A stretch of DNA of 63,391 nucleotides, filler included, from Kipferlia bialata (lineage: Eukaryota), in the NCBI GenBank assembly GCA_003568945.1. It is 7 parts of 6 records of this genome, joined end to end, with 100 filler letters (N's around TTAATTAATTAA, not from the genome) between each part and the next. Parts side by side here need not be neighbours in the genome. Positions count along the whole stretch, not along the records: positions 23,084 to 35,373 come from BDIP01001103.1; positions 35,474 to 47,762 come from BDIP01001104.1; 5 more parts are not named here. One strand, 5' to 3'. The notes below the pieces were generated by a model. That model made no database searches. It had not been told where the DNA came from and worked only from the letters and a program-made list of their open reading frames with translations. Position numbers and translations under genes: made by a program. Positions within the stretch are counted from its first letter, which is position 1. Each line of letters opens with the position of its first letter. Below, in pieces: positions 26,331 through 39,786 of this stretch.

Positions 26331-27081
26331 ATGTCAGCAGAAGCAGATACAGTAGTGAAGGGGAAAGTAGAGGAGGACCCTGATACAGAAGCCAGAGCCA
26401 CAGAGGAATCGCCAAAGGAGATACCTGTCTTTTGGAGAGGTATGGTTATGACATATATGTGTATGAGTGTTATTGATACATGACCTGACCTTAGCGTTGC
26501 TGTCGGTGTTCTTGGTTGCCGTTGTGATATCTCTGTGGAATGAAGTGACCTGCCCCAAGCCCACCTGGAAGGATAGGTCCCTCGAGGCCATGCATCTCAA
26601 GGCGGTCCCTCTCTGTCGGTGAGTACACTACTCTCTTGATGTTTAAGTGTTTATATATGTGTGTTGCATGAGCGTATGTCTCCTCCCTGTCTTTTCTTCT
26701 CTCCCCTCATCCAGCCGCAAGGGGTCAGAGGGGGAGTCATTCTTCCCCATCTTCACTGCTCTAGGAATAGTGCTGTTTCCCTTTTCAATATCTGCACTGG
26801 GCTTTGGATCGGCAGGTGTAGCTCTGGGTAGCATTGCTGCTTGTGTACAGGTAGGGTCATTTGCTATGGGACATGTCATACGGGAGTATCAAGGCATCAA
26901 GTATTTTCTACTATATGGGTATACCTCTGATCACCAGACCCCAGTCACTGTGGCAGGGGGTATCTTTGCCACGTTGCAGAGCATCGGTGCTACCACATCT
27001 ACTCTTGGCTGGCTGTGTGCATCGGGGATAGGAGGGTTGCTGGGGGGTGTTGTGGACATATTCCGGAAGGTGACTGCATAG
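26331..27081 (+). CDS. IFI6/IFI27 (ISG12-motif)-like small membrane protein, 4 exons
   Basis: Spliced C-terminus ALGFGSAGVALGSIAACVQ|TPVTVAGGIFATLQSIGAT matches the GFxxxGIxxGSxAA...ATLQSxGA ISG12 motif; extra N-terminal TM segment. Confidence 0.75.
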
Positions 27082-27398
27082 TAGTGTAGTATACTGTCAC
27101 TGAGATACAGAGTCTGTATATGGATATGACCAGTGTAGTTATCTGGCCCTGCCAGCTGACTTTGCTGTCTTGCCCATGTCGGACATCTGGTGTTGACGAA
27201 TAGAAAAGAGTGGTTGTTCCATTGTATGTCATAAGTATGGACATTGACTACGTCCAAGACAGTCTCCTCCCAATACCATATCTTTATATACTAAGACCCA
27301 AAGCCTCAACAACGTAATAACTTATCATCTATTCCATGAGCCGTGACCACACCACCCTAGTGCCCACCACTCACTTGTGTGTCACACAGACAGGGTGC

Positions 27399-28405
27399 TT
27401 AGGCGTACCACTTCTTGGCGTCCTCGAGGGACACGCACTCGTAGTCCTGGGCGTGGCCGGAGGTGCCGTAGGCGTTCATCTTCTCCACGAGGAGCTCCTG
27501 CTGGGCCTGGCGGGCGGGGCCCATGTAGGCACTGGGGGTGAGGGAGAGTAAGGCGAGTGTAATATAGTATACACTATCAATCTATATATGACACGTACCG
27601 GGGGTCGAAGACCTCTGGCTTCTCGGTGAACATCTTGCGGATGGATGCAGTGACAGCCATGCGGGAGTCAGAGTCGATGTTGATCTTGCAGATGCCGCGG
27701 GAGATGGCCTCCACGACCATGGGGGTGGGGACGCCCATGGCGTTGGGCATGTGGCCACCGTACTTGATGATCTCCTCCCTGGGGGGTGAGAAGCAAGAGA
27801 GAGAGAGAGAGAGAAAGTGGGTCAGTACACTCAAACACCATATCATACCTAAGGTGGGCGGGGACCTCGGAGGATCCGTGCATCACAAGGGGCACTCCGG
27901 TCTTCTCCCTGATCTCGTTGATGAGGTCCATGGCGAGGGTGGGGGTGGAGGTGAACTTGTAGGCACCGTGGGAGGTTCCGATGGCAACGGCAAGGGCATC
28001 GACACCAGTCCTGGTGCAGAAGTCGACGCACTGCTCGGGGTCGGTCAGCTGCACAACTCCAGAGATGTCCTCCTCAATGCCTCCTGGGGGGTGAGATGTC
28101 TGATGCTAAGGAGTATAGAGAGAGAGAGGGAATATATATGCGTACCGAGGGTTCCGAGCTCGGCCTCGACGGACACACCACGCTCGTGGGCGTACTCGCA
28201 GACAGACTTGGTGATGGCGACGTTCTCCTCGTATCTAGGGGTGAGACAGGGACAGCAACCGACATGCACAAATAGACAGGGACGCCAGATAGGATGGTTA
28301 TAGACATGTATATACACTCCTCCACTTACCCGTGGTGGGAGGCGTCGATCATGACGGAGGTGAATCCGAGGGAGATGGCGGTCTTGCAGGACTCGAGGGT
28401 GTCAC
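27399..28405 (-). CDS. fba: Fructose-1,6-bisphosphate aldolase class II (Giardia/bacterial type B), 5' part lost in the gap
   Basis: [72 protein letters not shown]...DAKKWYA*. Confidence 0.95.
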
Positions 28406-28439
28406 CTGGGGGTGAGGGGGGGAAGACAGAGAATCAGGC

Positions 28440-28470
<31 letters not shown>

Positions 28471-29175
28471 GGGGGGGCCGATGGTAAATAATNNNNNNNN
28501 NNNNNNNNNNNNNNNNNNNNNNNNNNNNNNNNNNNNNNNNNNNNNNNNNNNNNNNNNNNNNNNNNNNNNNNNNNNNNNNNNNNNNNNNNNNNNNNNNNNN
28601 NNNNNNNNNNNNNNNNNNNNNNNNNNNNNNNNNNNNNNNNNNNNNNNNNNNNNNNNNNNNNNNNNNNNNNNNNNNNNNNNNNNNNNNNNNNNNNNNNNNN
28701 NNNNNNNNNNNNNNNNNNNNNNNNNNNNNNNNNNNNNNNNNNNNNNNNNNNNNNNNNNNNNNNNNNNNNNNNNNNNNNNNNNNNNNNNNNNNNNNNNNNN
28801 NNNNNNNNNNNNNNNNNNNNNNNNNNNNNNNNNNNNNNNNNNNNNNNNNNNNNNNNNNNNNNNNNNNNNNNNNNNNNNNNNNNNNNNNNNNNNNNNNNNN
28901 NNNNNNNNNNNNNNNNNNNNNNNNNNNNNNNNNNNNNNNNNNNNNNNNNNNNNNNNNNNNNNNNNNNNNNNNNNNNNNNNNNNNNNNNNNNNNNNNNNNN
29001 NNNNNNNNNNNNNNNNNNNNNNNNNNNNNNNNNNNNNNNNNNNNNNNNNNNNNNNNNNNNNNNNNNNNNNNNNNNNNNNNNNNNNNNNNNNNNNNNNNGC
29101 TAGCCCCGTTGTTTTGTGGAGCCCCCCCCCCCCCCCCCTCCCATCTCATGATACCTCTCTGTCTCCTTACTCCAG

Positions 29176-30138
29176 GTGAGGGTAGCATCTACCCCACAAC
29201 CTCCAAGGCCCTGCCCCGCCATGAGTACGGAATGGCGCCCTCTGTCCTCACATCCTCCTTCGACGACTCATTCAGAGCCACAGTCAGGTATATATAAGTG
29301 TAAATAGAATTTTGAGTTACTCTTCCCTCCACTTCATAGAACTCCTATCACCCCCCCCCCCCTATCCTGGGAATATATATATACAGATTAATATATATAT
29401 AGAATGCTTGCCCAACCCCGGATATCATTCCTTACCCCCAGGAACTTTGAGTATGTCCGTACCCAGCTAGACATCCTGTTCCAGTCTCTGCTGGGTGCTG
29501 TGGCGTCTGGCCCCGACCCATCAGAGGCAGACACCCCAGAGCCATTCGGATATGCTCTGGTATGTGGCAGTCTCCACATATGCAAACAACTATCCCCCCC
29601 CCCCCCTCTTCCCTTTGTTGAGTCTCCACTATTATGTATATCTACATCTCTCTCACTCTGACCCCCAGGTGCGGCAGAGTGTGACCAAGCTGAAGCGGCT
29701 CTCCTCCATGATGCACGACACCAACATTGAGAGCCTGGCCAAGTCCCTGGCAGAGGCAGATGCCGCAAACGGTGTCACACCGCACCCCCCTGGGAGGTCT
29801 GGGTCTGGGTCCAGGAGAGGCAGTCTCAGTGGGAGACGGCGCAGCAGTGCATACAGGAGAGATAGCATAGGAGGGGGCAGGGGGGAGAGGCGGAATGGGT
29901 ACCCATCGGAGGTGCCAGATGATAGGGCCCAGCAGCACAGGACAAAGAAGCAGTTCTACCAGCCAGGTATGGATGGAATAGTATCGTACACATGTTGTTT
30001 CTGTTCTATTTCTTGTTGGCGTGCTCTACTGACACTCAGGGCTGCAGCGCCTCCTAGAAGAGCAGTCTGAGAGTGCCTCTATGTCTGAGAGCGAGGCCTC
30101 AGATGAGTTTGAAGTGGCAGAGGGTGAGGAGGGGAAGG

Positions 30139-30169
<31 letters not shown>

Positions 30170-33100
30170 TGCACCAATTGCCGTAGAGTTAGTGGACGCC
30201 GAGTGTCAGACTGACCCCCTCCCCACCCCTCCCTCCATTCCACCATCCCGATCTAGCTCTAGACTGATGCTGGGCTCCCTTGGCAGCAGGGTGGGGTTCC
30301 AGTCTGGCTCAACGTCCCAGGTCTCAAGGTAAGGAAGTGTGCTTCTCTCTCCCTCCCCTTCCTTCCTTACCCCAGCCGGCCCTCTAGCCGTGGGGGTATG
30401 TCTGTCCCTACCTCTGCAGGGGGTACTCTCAGGACAGCCAGGCAGCTGGAGAGGGAGTACAGACCCCCCTCAGTCCTAGCAGAGGACGTGACTGGCCTCG
30501 AGTCTTCAGAGGATCAGGTGGGAGCAGTGTGTGTTACCCTATGATACCCTATGTTGTTATGTATATTACATATGTATGATCTATATTAACCTCTAGGATA
30601 GTGACATTGCATTACCCTCTTTAGTTGTATATCTGTGTGGTCTTACCTCTAGGACAGTGACATTGAGGAGGTTGGGTCAGAGTCCGACTGGCTGGAGGCA
30701 GGGCCTGGGGTGAGGCTGGGGGAGGGGGACGTGTATGCGGAGAAGGGCAGGGAGCCCAAGGGGAGGAGGGGCCACCGCGACTCCCTTGGGGACAGCCGGA
30801 AGAGTGTCGGGGGTCTGACCACGGATGGGGACAACCTGTCCGACTCTGGGTCCGACTCTCCCTCCGACGAGGACAGTGACACCGATGCATCAGACGCCTC
30901 AGAGCCAGAGGGGGAGGGGGGGCACCCACCTAGTAGAGGGGTATCCCTAGGAGATGTGCTGAAGGGACCCACGCCCTCAGGTAGCATGGCTAGGCTCAAC
31001 AGCGGGAGTGGCAGCCTCAGTAGGCCAGGCAGTGCCAAGAAGATTGGGGCGAGGCGCAAGAGCAAGAGAGGAGCACTGGGGTCTGGGATCCCTGACTTCA
31101 GCACAGGCTCCACTGGTAGGCTCTCCAGGCCAGGGTCGGGTCTACAGTCCCCCTCCCCCGCCTCCTCCCCTGCCATGTCCCGATCCACCTCCCTCAAGGG
31201 ACTGCCCCAAGAGGGTGTGCAGAGGCAGATGAGCAAGCCGGACGGCGTGAGTGTAGATATTACCCAGAAGCGGCCTGGTTCTAGAGGGGGGAAGGGGCCT
31301 CGCAAGAAGTCCCCCACCAAGGCCTCTCCTGCCAGGAAGGTGAAGAAGAAGAAGAAGGCGGGGGAGGGCCAGTTTGACTATGGGCTGGATAGTAGTCAGG
31401 ACCAGGAGGAGAGTGAGAGCATGGAGGTGTCGGTGGAGGACAGCGAGGGAGAGAAGGAGAGACAGAGGGTCAGACAGGCACTGGTGGACCAGCAGAGCCT
31501 ATTAGGTAATGGTTTATCACATTCTCCTTGTACGGATGTAGTGATTGTACTTACAGTCAGGCCAGAACACGAGTGTAGCGGTGCGGAATGGAGATGTAGA
31601 GATGTTGCAGGACCTGCTAGACACCCATGCCGATGATCCAGAGCACAGTGTGACAGTACAGAGAGGTGGGATGTGTGTATGTCATATTACCTATTACTTA
31701 CTATATTTATAACCATCAGGTGTGTGCCTGCAGATGGCTGTGGAACTCAGCAAGTACCCTGCCCTCAGGGAACATGCCGCCATGATGCAGGAGAGCAGCA
31801 GGTATAGAATTTATACAATAGTACATCGTATAATGTATGATATATAATAGTAATTGTGTACTGATATATTTGGGAGACATGATGCAGGAGAGCAGCAGGT
31901 ATAGGGGTATAGCATATATATTAGAATATGTATTAGTATAATTATATTGTATATAATATAGTTATGTGTAAATTTTTGTTAAGGGCGACATGATGCAGGA
32001 GAGCCGTAGGTATAGTGTATAGAACATACTTTGATAGTTGATTGATACTCTATAAGGTTGAGTCTCACCTCCAGGATGCTTGGCCCCTCTGGTATAGTAG
32101 GCACCCTCGTCAGTAGGGTAGACACAATGCAGGGCAAGGTGGGGACATTGATATATATGTATATATACAGTGTTCTTCGCTGTATGTATGTTCGCTGTAC
32201 ACCCTCCTAATTGTCAGGTTGACTCCCTGACCGCCCTTGTGTGGCGTCTATATAAACATATGTGCATGTGCCATGTGCTTTACGTATCTAACTGCAGGTT
32301 GACTCTCTGACCGCCCTTGTGCGGCGTCTATATATTCATATATGCATGTATCATATTCTCTTCTTTCTTCATTATCCTAGGTTCTTCACTAGATACGTCT
32401 CTTACTGCAGGTTGACTCCCTGACTGCCCTTGTACTGCATATATACTCATCATGCCCCATGTTACCTAATACACGTCCTCCTTATCGTCAGGTTGACTCT
32501 CTGACTGCCCTTGTACTCTCTCTCTCTATATATATATTTATATTCATATCCGTGTGGCTAATGCACTATCCTTATCGTCAGGTTGACTCTCTGACTGCCC
32601 TTGTCCGGCGTCTCATGTCCAGCAGGGTGGGTGTGGTGGCCAATGAGAAGGGATCAGTGGTGTCCATTGCCCCAGGGGTGACCAATGTGCCATATAGGGA
32701 TGACGAGACAAGGTATCGATAGTGTGTATGTACACTATACACTATATAGTATATCTATCTCCACCCTCATCCCAGGCGCCCTTCCTCCTCCGACAAGAAC
32801 ACCAGAGGAGGGGAGAGGGGCATGACATCAAACAGACGGAGTAGTGTGTCCATAGCTCAGATAGCACGGAACCACAGCAGGTACTGTTACTCTCTATCTG
32901 GGTCACATTGAGAGTATAGTGTGGGTCAGTGTAGATGGTGCTTCCTCACCCCAGGCTTCGCCCTACCAGTCGGGATGGCTCCAGTGGGTCTCTGTCCATG
33001 GCACCCAGAGTCACACTAGAAGATAAGGGTGTAGACAGGGAGGGGTCTAGATACGGAGGGAGGGGCGTCATGCCCAACTCATCCATACCCTATCTGGACA

Positions 33101-34332
33101 GCCCCAGAGGAGGTGGTGGTATGACACCAAGAGGTGGGGGTGGTATGACCCCTAGAGGGAGAGGGAGAGACATGAGTGCGTATGGCCAGGCCCCTGGCAG
33201 TGGCATCAAGAGTATAGGGTCGGTGGTCAACCTCCAGGCACCAGCTGGGGACTTCTTCGCACCCTCCACAGACCCCCACATGGCATCTTTGCTAGACCTA
33301 CAGGTACTTAGCTTGTGCGTGTGTATAGTCTAAACAGTGCTTCAAGAAAATCTCTAAATCTCACTCTCTATATATATCCTTCTCACCCTCAGGGCCAGAT
33401 GATGGCTGGTCGGGGCAGGGGTCGGCGCCAAGTCCCCTCCCCCTCTCTCTCCTCCGCCTCCCACACCTCGCACACCCCTCTGTCCGCGAGACACTCTTCC
33501 TCCTTCCAAGTACATCCACCAGATAGTAGTGGATCCACACCCAACACCACGACCAACACAACCTCAGGGCTGCAGCGGTCTCTGTCCCTGTTGGGCCTGG
33601 CTGATAGTGAGGATGATGGGGAGGCGGAGATTAGAGAGGCGCAGAGACAGAACATCGCGAGGCGGAGGGAGAGAGAGAGGTCTGTGGCAGGGCTGGATGG
33701 ACTGGACCACTCGGTCAGTCTGGAGGACCTGACTCTACATACAGGTATATAGCATATTATATATTGTATATCGTATGCCACTAGGTCAGTCTGGAGGACC
33801 TAACCTTGCACACAGGTGGGACTCTCTAATAAAGTGTAGTGTAAATACCCACGTCATCGTCATCTGACCCCCAGGCCCCTCCAAGACCAGTGTACCCAGC
33901 TCCATCCCGCGCCTAGCCCTGGGTGGCCTTGCCTCCCTAGGCGCCAAACTGGCAGTCCCCCAGTCAGGCATGTCCTCCCAGGTGTCCAACCCTATGTCAA
34001 GCAGGGGCAAGAAGAGAGAGAGGACCAGAGACAGACCAGGTGCGGCTGGCCTGATGCCACCAGGGTCAGCCAGAGGCAGCAGAGTGCCCATGTCTGCCAG
34101 GGGTAGGCGGTCACCCATGACAGCGAGAGGTAGGGGCAGAGGGGGCATGTCCCCTAGAGTGCCCCAGACAGCAAGAGGTCCATCCCCAGGCGCACCCAAT
34201 GCCCCCAGGCTGCCCCATGCCAAGCTCTCCTCTGCCTCCATACGCATGCCTGAGGCCGCCCCCTACTCCCTGCAGCAGGACGTGCTCACAGCCAGAGAGG
34301 GGTCCAAGATGAGGCTGTCCACTGGGTGGTAG
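29176..34332 (+). CDS. Large low-complexity Ser/Gly/Arg-rich hypothetical protein, about 14 exons, 5'-truncated
   Basis: Successive GT-AG exons stay in frame to TAG at 34330-34332; basic cluster KKKKK, short coiled-coils. Confidence 0.7.
32207..32512 (+). repeat. Four intronic copies of the acceptor plus exon start (CAG|GTTGACTCYCTGACYGCCCTTGT)
   Basis: Decoy AGs end at 32217, 32297, 32410 and 32491; the true acceptor ends at 32581. Confidence 0.95.
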
Positions 34333-34681
34333 ATGCTACCCTGACCACGCAGTCGGATCCCTCTTCCAGTGTATCGCAGTGTACCCTCAGACACACACTC
34401 ATATCTAGGGCGCTGTCTACAACTATGTGTATTAGTATCGTTCATTATTAAGAATTTCCGTAGGTATTGTATTGATAGAGTATGTGTGAATAGAGCTTCT
34501 AGCACACCACCAAGTTGATTATACGAATTAGTGTGCCGGCGCCTTGGAGTGGTGAAAGGGGGGAGCGTGTAGTTTGCGGCAATGAATGACAAAAGGGTTC
34601 AAAGGAACAGAAATATCAAAACCACTGGTGGCTCACTGATCTCTTTGTTGAGGTGCTACAGATACATTAGGAGGGCCTGAT

Positions 34682-35243
34682 ATGTCAGATGGACCGGACT
34701 GTGGGGCATTGTTCCAATATGCGCTCATGGCCTCGTGTGGCATTGGGCTGACCTGCCTCATATTCGTGGTGATCAGAGCAATCTATACCCTAAAGTGAGT
34801 GTCTATATCTACACACTTTCGCAACCCTATTGCCCTCTAGGTCTTCTAACAGGTTAGTAACTCTCTTGTGATAGTATATACATCGAGTTCTGGGGTGTGT
34901 ATCCCGGAATTCTTACTCAAGTGATTACATCTTCCTGCTTGTCAGCGTTACCTACCCTGCTTTGATATCTATGTATAGACATGTATTGGTGGTATTGGTG
35001 GCAGAGGTGTGGATAGCTCTACTGTCCACAGATATTACATTGAGTTCTTACATCTGAGGTCCCTCTCCTGCATATCTACATGGTGATCATATCCTCTCTC
35101 TTCTGTCCCTCACTCCCAGGGAGGTGAAGGGGCACCGCGTGGCCACCATCGATATCTTCGTAGGGTGCTGCTTAGTAGGGGATATTGTGCAGGCCTCTGC
35201 ATACTACCTCATGGCAGATGTGCAGAACACACTCTCGTGCAAG
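34682..35243 (+). CDS. N-terminal part (TM1, TM2, ECL1-Cys) of a cAMP-receptor-like 7TM protein, 3'-truncated
   Basis: Exons 34682-34794 and 35120-35243: MSDGPDCGALFQYALMASCGIGLTCLIFVVIRAIYTLKEVKGHRVATIDIFVGCCLVGDIVQASAYYLMADVQNTLSCK; Asp in TM2 and Cys at the expected top of TM3. Confidence 0.55.
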
Positions 35244-35492
35244 GTATGGCACATTCTATAGACACATGTGCGTATACCGCATGTACCCATACACTTTCGT
35301 ACCAGTCTATGTGTGTCATAACTACATTCCTACCTCTATCCCCCCCCCCCCCCCCCACCCCCCCCCACCCCCCNNNNNNNNNNNNNNNNNNNNNNNNNNN
35401 NNNNNNNNNNNNNNNNNTTAATTAATTAANNNNNNNNNNNNNNNNNNNNNNNNNNNNNNNNNNNNNNNNNNNNGGGGGGGGGGGGGGGGGGG

Positions 35493-35527
<35 letters not shown>

Positions 35528-35732
35528 CGCGCGTATTATGCTCAAACACAAACATATCAAACACATAGTTCTCAAGAACTCCCCGGATGCCCAACCACAG
35601 TATCGCAGAGGCAGAGGTATCATAGAGCTATCATAGGGGTATCATAGAGTTATCATAGAGGCATCATAGAGGCATCATAGAAGTGTCATAGATGTCTATA
35701 TATATATCATACCACTAGCACAGACACCCTAC

Positions 35733-36986
35733 CTGGCGGGCCAGTCTCTGTCTCGCCTGGTTCTGCAGCACCCAGTACTGGCGCTGTGCTGCCTAAGCAT
35801 CAGTACATAGCATCAGTACATGGTATACATAGTATATATAGTAGAGTAAATATAGTGGATATATAGACGCCAATACAGAGAGACGTTGTTCACGGAGTCA
35901 CCCAACGCCCCCCACAGATAGGGGTATACAGCGGTATGCCCATATACATATCCATCTGTCATCAGAATATCCACATCCACATGCCTCACTCTGCGGCCTT
36001 TGGCTGTGGAGGGTGTCCATGGTCGCTGTGGCCTGGGGCCTGGTCTCCCACACAGACACCTGTCTGGGGGGGGGCACGGGGCATGATGGTGATGATGGTG
36101 ATGATGATGGGTGGGACCCCATCACGAGGGGGTGGGGCGGATGTGGGCGTGGATGTGGGTTGATACCGATGGGGACACCGCGTCTGCGGGTGGGTGAGGA
36201 CCTAGACAACACCAGAACAGTGAGACACATGAGACGTATGAAATGTATGAGAGAAAGTACAGAGGCAGAAGAAACATCAATGGATAGATATCAATTATTG
36301 GATACCTGGGCGGAGGCACTGGCTTGAAACCTGTCGATGGGGACGTGACAGGCTGGGGGCCTATCATCATCATCCCCTTGTTGGGTCTGTGGTAAGAGAA
36401 GAGAGAAGTGGACACTAGTAATGCGCTGACACACACGCTAGGACTAGGAACACAGGAGAATGGCAAAAACACTAAATGTACAACTATATATACTACCTAG
36501 GAGGCGGGACAGGACCTGTTGGTGTTGCTACTGGGCGTCGTTTTGACTGGGAATCAGAGGATATATATATATTAGGGCGATGTACACCACAGATACTGAG
36601 GAAGATAACACCATGAGTATCTGCTATCACAAACACAACAAGAATACACACCGTATACATATACCTGGGGTTGGGTTGCTGTTGCTGTTGGTGTTCCCCA
36701 CCCAACTGTCTGCAGAATCTTCTTTGGACGGCTGGAAGCGAATGAGGGATATACATTGCCTGTGTCAGCGCATACACATACACACACATACATATATACA
36801 AGGGTACCCATCGGCAACATGCAGAATAAACGCTATAAATGATATTTCATATATAGGAGCGGATAGAAACCCGGCCCTCTCTCAGGGTTTCGACAGCAGC
36901 TGAGACTCTCAGTGACAGAAGCCCTCACCTGCTTGCCTAGCCAGTTCTTCGTACTTGGACCTAGCGTGGGGCTCTTGGTTCCACAT
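35733..36986 (-). CDS. Proline-rich hypothetical protein, 3'-truncated
   Basis: MWNQEPHARSKYEELARQAG|NVYPSF...|SKRRPVATP...|...|AAQRQYWVLQNQARQRLARQ; one GC donor at 35984. Confidence 0.6.
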
Positions 36987-37307
36987 AATAGTTGCTGGTA
37001 GTTACTGTCCCAATTCGTGGCCTATGGACGCTGCGGGGTTAGTATTCGGAATATTTACACAGAATCAAGTGGACAGGCAAGAGAGTCCTCAGTGAGGACC
37101 TAAGGATCTGGCCTATTGCAACAGACCCTTTTTCCAAGTTTTTCATTGACTCTGAGTCAGAATCTGACCGAAACTTCGACAGCCTTATCACAATCGGCCC
37201 TCTGGAAGCCAGGAATTGACTAGAGCCGCTGCCAAGGGACTATGTCCTGGTGTGCCAGGTTTGCCAATGATGCGAAGTCTCGTTCGAGCAAGGGGCGGAG
37301 TGTTACC

Positions 37308-39561
37308 ATGGCTGATTCCTTTATGAGAACATTTGACGCCGATACACTTGGTGTGGAGCCCCGGTTCGCACGTATGGCCCAACAAGAGATGGTACCTGAG
37401 GGATTTCAGCGTAGTGGCCGTGTCCCGGCGTCGATGATGTCTCGCAGCAAAGAGACGAAGCAGGCCGAGGCCCTTAGACACACCATAACACGTCCTGAGG
37501 CTATTCGCAACGCCGCTGATGCCCATATCGCACGCAGGACGAGAGAGGGTGCACTGGTGGATGCCCAGCCCGGGTACGTGCTGGGGTCCGAGACGCTGTC
37601 TGGGAATGGGGTGCCCCAGCCTGGCAAGAGGCTGGAGTGCCCTGTGCCTGTGTCCAAGGCCCTCATGACACCGGCAGAGTCACAGGTGGGGCAGGGGGGG
37701 GGTCGCTGGGTCACAGTGTGGGTGTACCGCTATTGCGTGTATGTTTGTATATGTCTTCCCACCTCAGGCTGCTCTGAGGTATGAGGTGGGGGCCGGAAAG
37801 CTGGCCAAGCTCAGACGGCAGCAGGTGACGGAGGAGGCCAGGCGCATCAACCTGGCCAGGAGGTGGGCAGTATCAGTGTCTATCTATATCTATAGAAGTG
37901 TATAGATATACCTATTATCTGATGGGGATGCATCAACCTGGCCAGGAAGTGGGCAGTATCAGTATCTATCTATGTCTATAGAAATGTATAGATATACCTA
38001 TTATCTGATGGGGATGCATCAACCTGGCCAGGAGGTGGGCATGGGTGTAGACGTATCTATATTATGTATACGTGTCTATATTTGGGGAACTGTTTCTTCC
38101 TCTCCAACACTCTGTAGCAGTGTTGTTTCTGTATTGTGTTATGTCTTATGTTTTGTACGCCTGTCTGCTGACATTGGTCACACACCCTATCAGTGGAGTC
38201 ACCTTGCTTCTGAGTGTCAGTGTTATTCATTTGTGGTGATATATATGTGTGTGTATCCATTGGACATGATGTGTATTTGTCTTTGGACATCATCAGTCTA
38301 TCCTGTCCTCATTGTTATTATATATAGATATATGTATATTGTAGTCTCATTATCTCCCACCAGAAACGCGTCGTCCATGGGCCTCCTCGGCATTGTCGCC
38401 GGGACTGCTGACCCGGAGGGACAGCGCAGGGTGGCCGTGGGGGACGAGGACGTGGCACCCTTCAGAGACAGGTATGATAGTATAAGTATGACAGTATAGG
38501 TATGACAGTATAGGTATGATAGTATAGGTATCAGGGTCAGGGTCTGGTATAGGTGGTGCCGGGGGGAGGGTCTAGGTTACGGGTGTAAAGGTTGGAAGGG
38601 ATGCGGTTATCTCCAGCAGTGTATTTCCAATCCCCCCCTCCCCCCCTCCCCCCATATCATCTCCCCCCAGACAGCGTGACTGGGATGCGAGGCAGCACTC
38701 CACGGCCCAGCGGGTCAAGGCCCGGTGGGCCAGTGACGTGGTGTGTGTGCCTGTGCCTGGGATGGAGGAGGCAGACAGGCTGCGGCAGAGGCTGCAGCCC
38801 ATAGCTCAGAGGAAGGCGGAGTCCTACCTCCGGCCCCCAGACTCATTCTCGGCCAGGTATATTGTACATGGTACATGATGAGTGTGCATGGATACGGTAT
38901 ATATATTTATATACATACATATACGCCCCACTGATGCCAGGTACATGACGACGGGAGCCTCGAGGGTGAGGCCGACACAGGTGGGTGGATAGTAGATACT
39001 TAGTAGATACCGGGGGCAGGGGAGGCCGGGTGTTATACTAGGACTGGCGCCGGACAGGCAGACACTGTGGGACGGAAGGCTGTGTGATGGAGCCTTGAGA
39101 CAGCATTGTTGTGTACATATATTGTGGTATATGTGTCCCTGGATTGCAGCATGCATGTGTGTCTCATTGCAGCGTCGTGCTGATGCCCGGCCTGCCAGGC
39201 GGGACTACGATATAGCGGCCCCGACCCGCCAGACCCATGCCCCCAGAGACCCCTTCCAGAGCAGGTGGCGTGTGTGTGTATAGATATATGTATTCACCTG
39301 TATCTAGACATCCCCGTGTTATTCTATGTTCAGTTCCGCCCTCTCGGTTGGGTTGTCTCAGTGTCAGGTAGGGGGGTGTATCAGTGCGGGGCCCCATACA
39401 CTTCTGTCTCGGTATACCACATCATCTGTGCCACTGTATATATATGTACTGTATCCCTTACTCTCAGGGACAGGAGCGTGGATGTGGTCAGAACGAGGGC
39501 CAGCTCCACCGGGGGGGTCAGACGTATAGGGCGGAGGGGGGTCAGCAAGATCCCACTCTAA
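37308..39561 (+). CDS. Arg-rich hypothetical protein, 7 exons
   Basis: MADSFMRTFDADTLGVEPRF...AESQ|AALRYEVG...|NASSMG...|QRDWDARQ...|YMTTG...|RRADARP...|DRSVDVVR...SKIPL*, in frame. Confidence 0.7.
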
Positions 39562-39786
39562 AGTATACCTACAGAATTATAGGCTCCGGTCAGACCCGTA
39601 GTAAACCTTAAAACACCTGTATAAATATTGGTAAAATTGACTTTTCACTATCCACTATTAATAATCGATTATTAATAATCAATTCAATGGTTGCAACTCG
39701 TTGAGGGACAACCAACATGAATGTGTCTCCACCTACCACCACGGAGCAACCAGTTGCCATCAAGGCCATCACAGAGTAGCTGTGCC

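Noticed and set aside
30649..31320. 223-aa antisense ORF
   Set aside because: Shadow of a GC-rich plus-strand exon.
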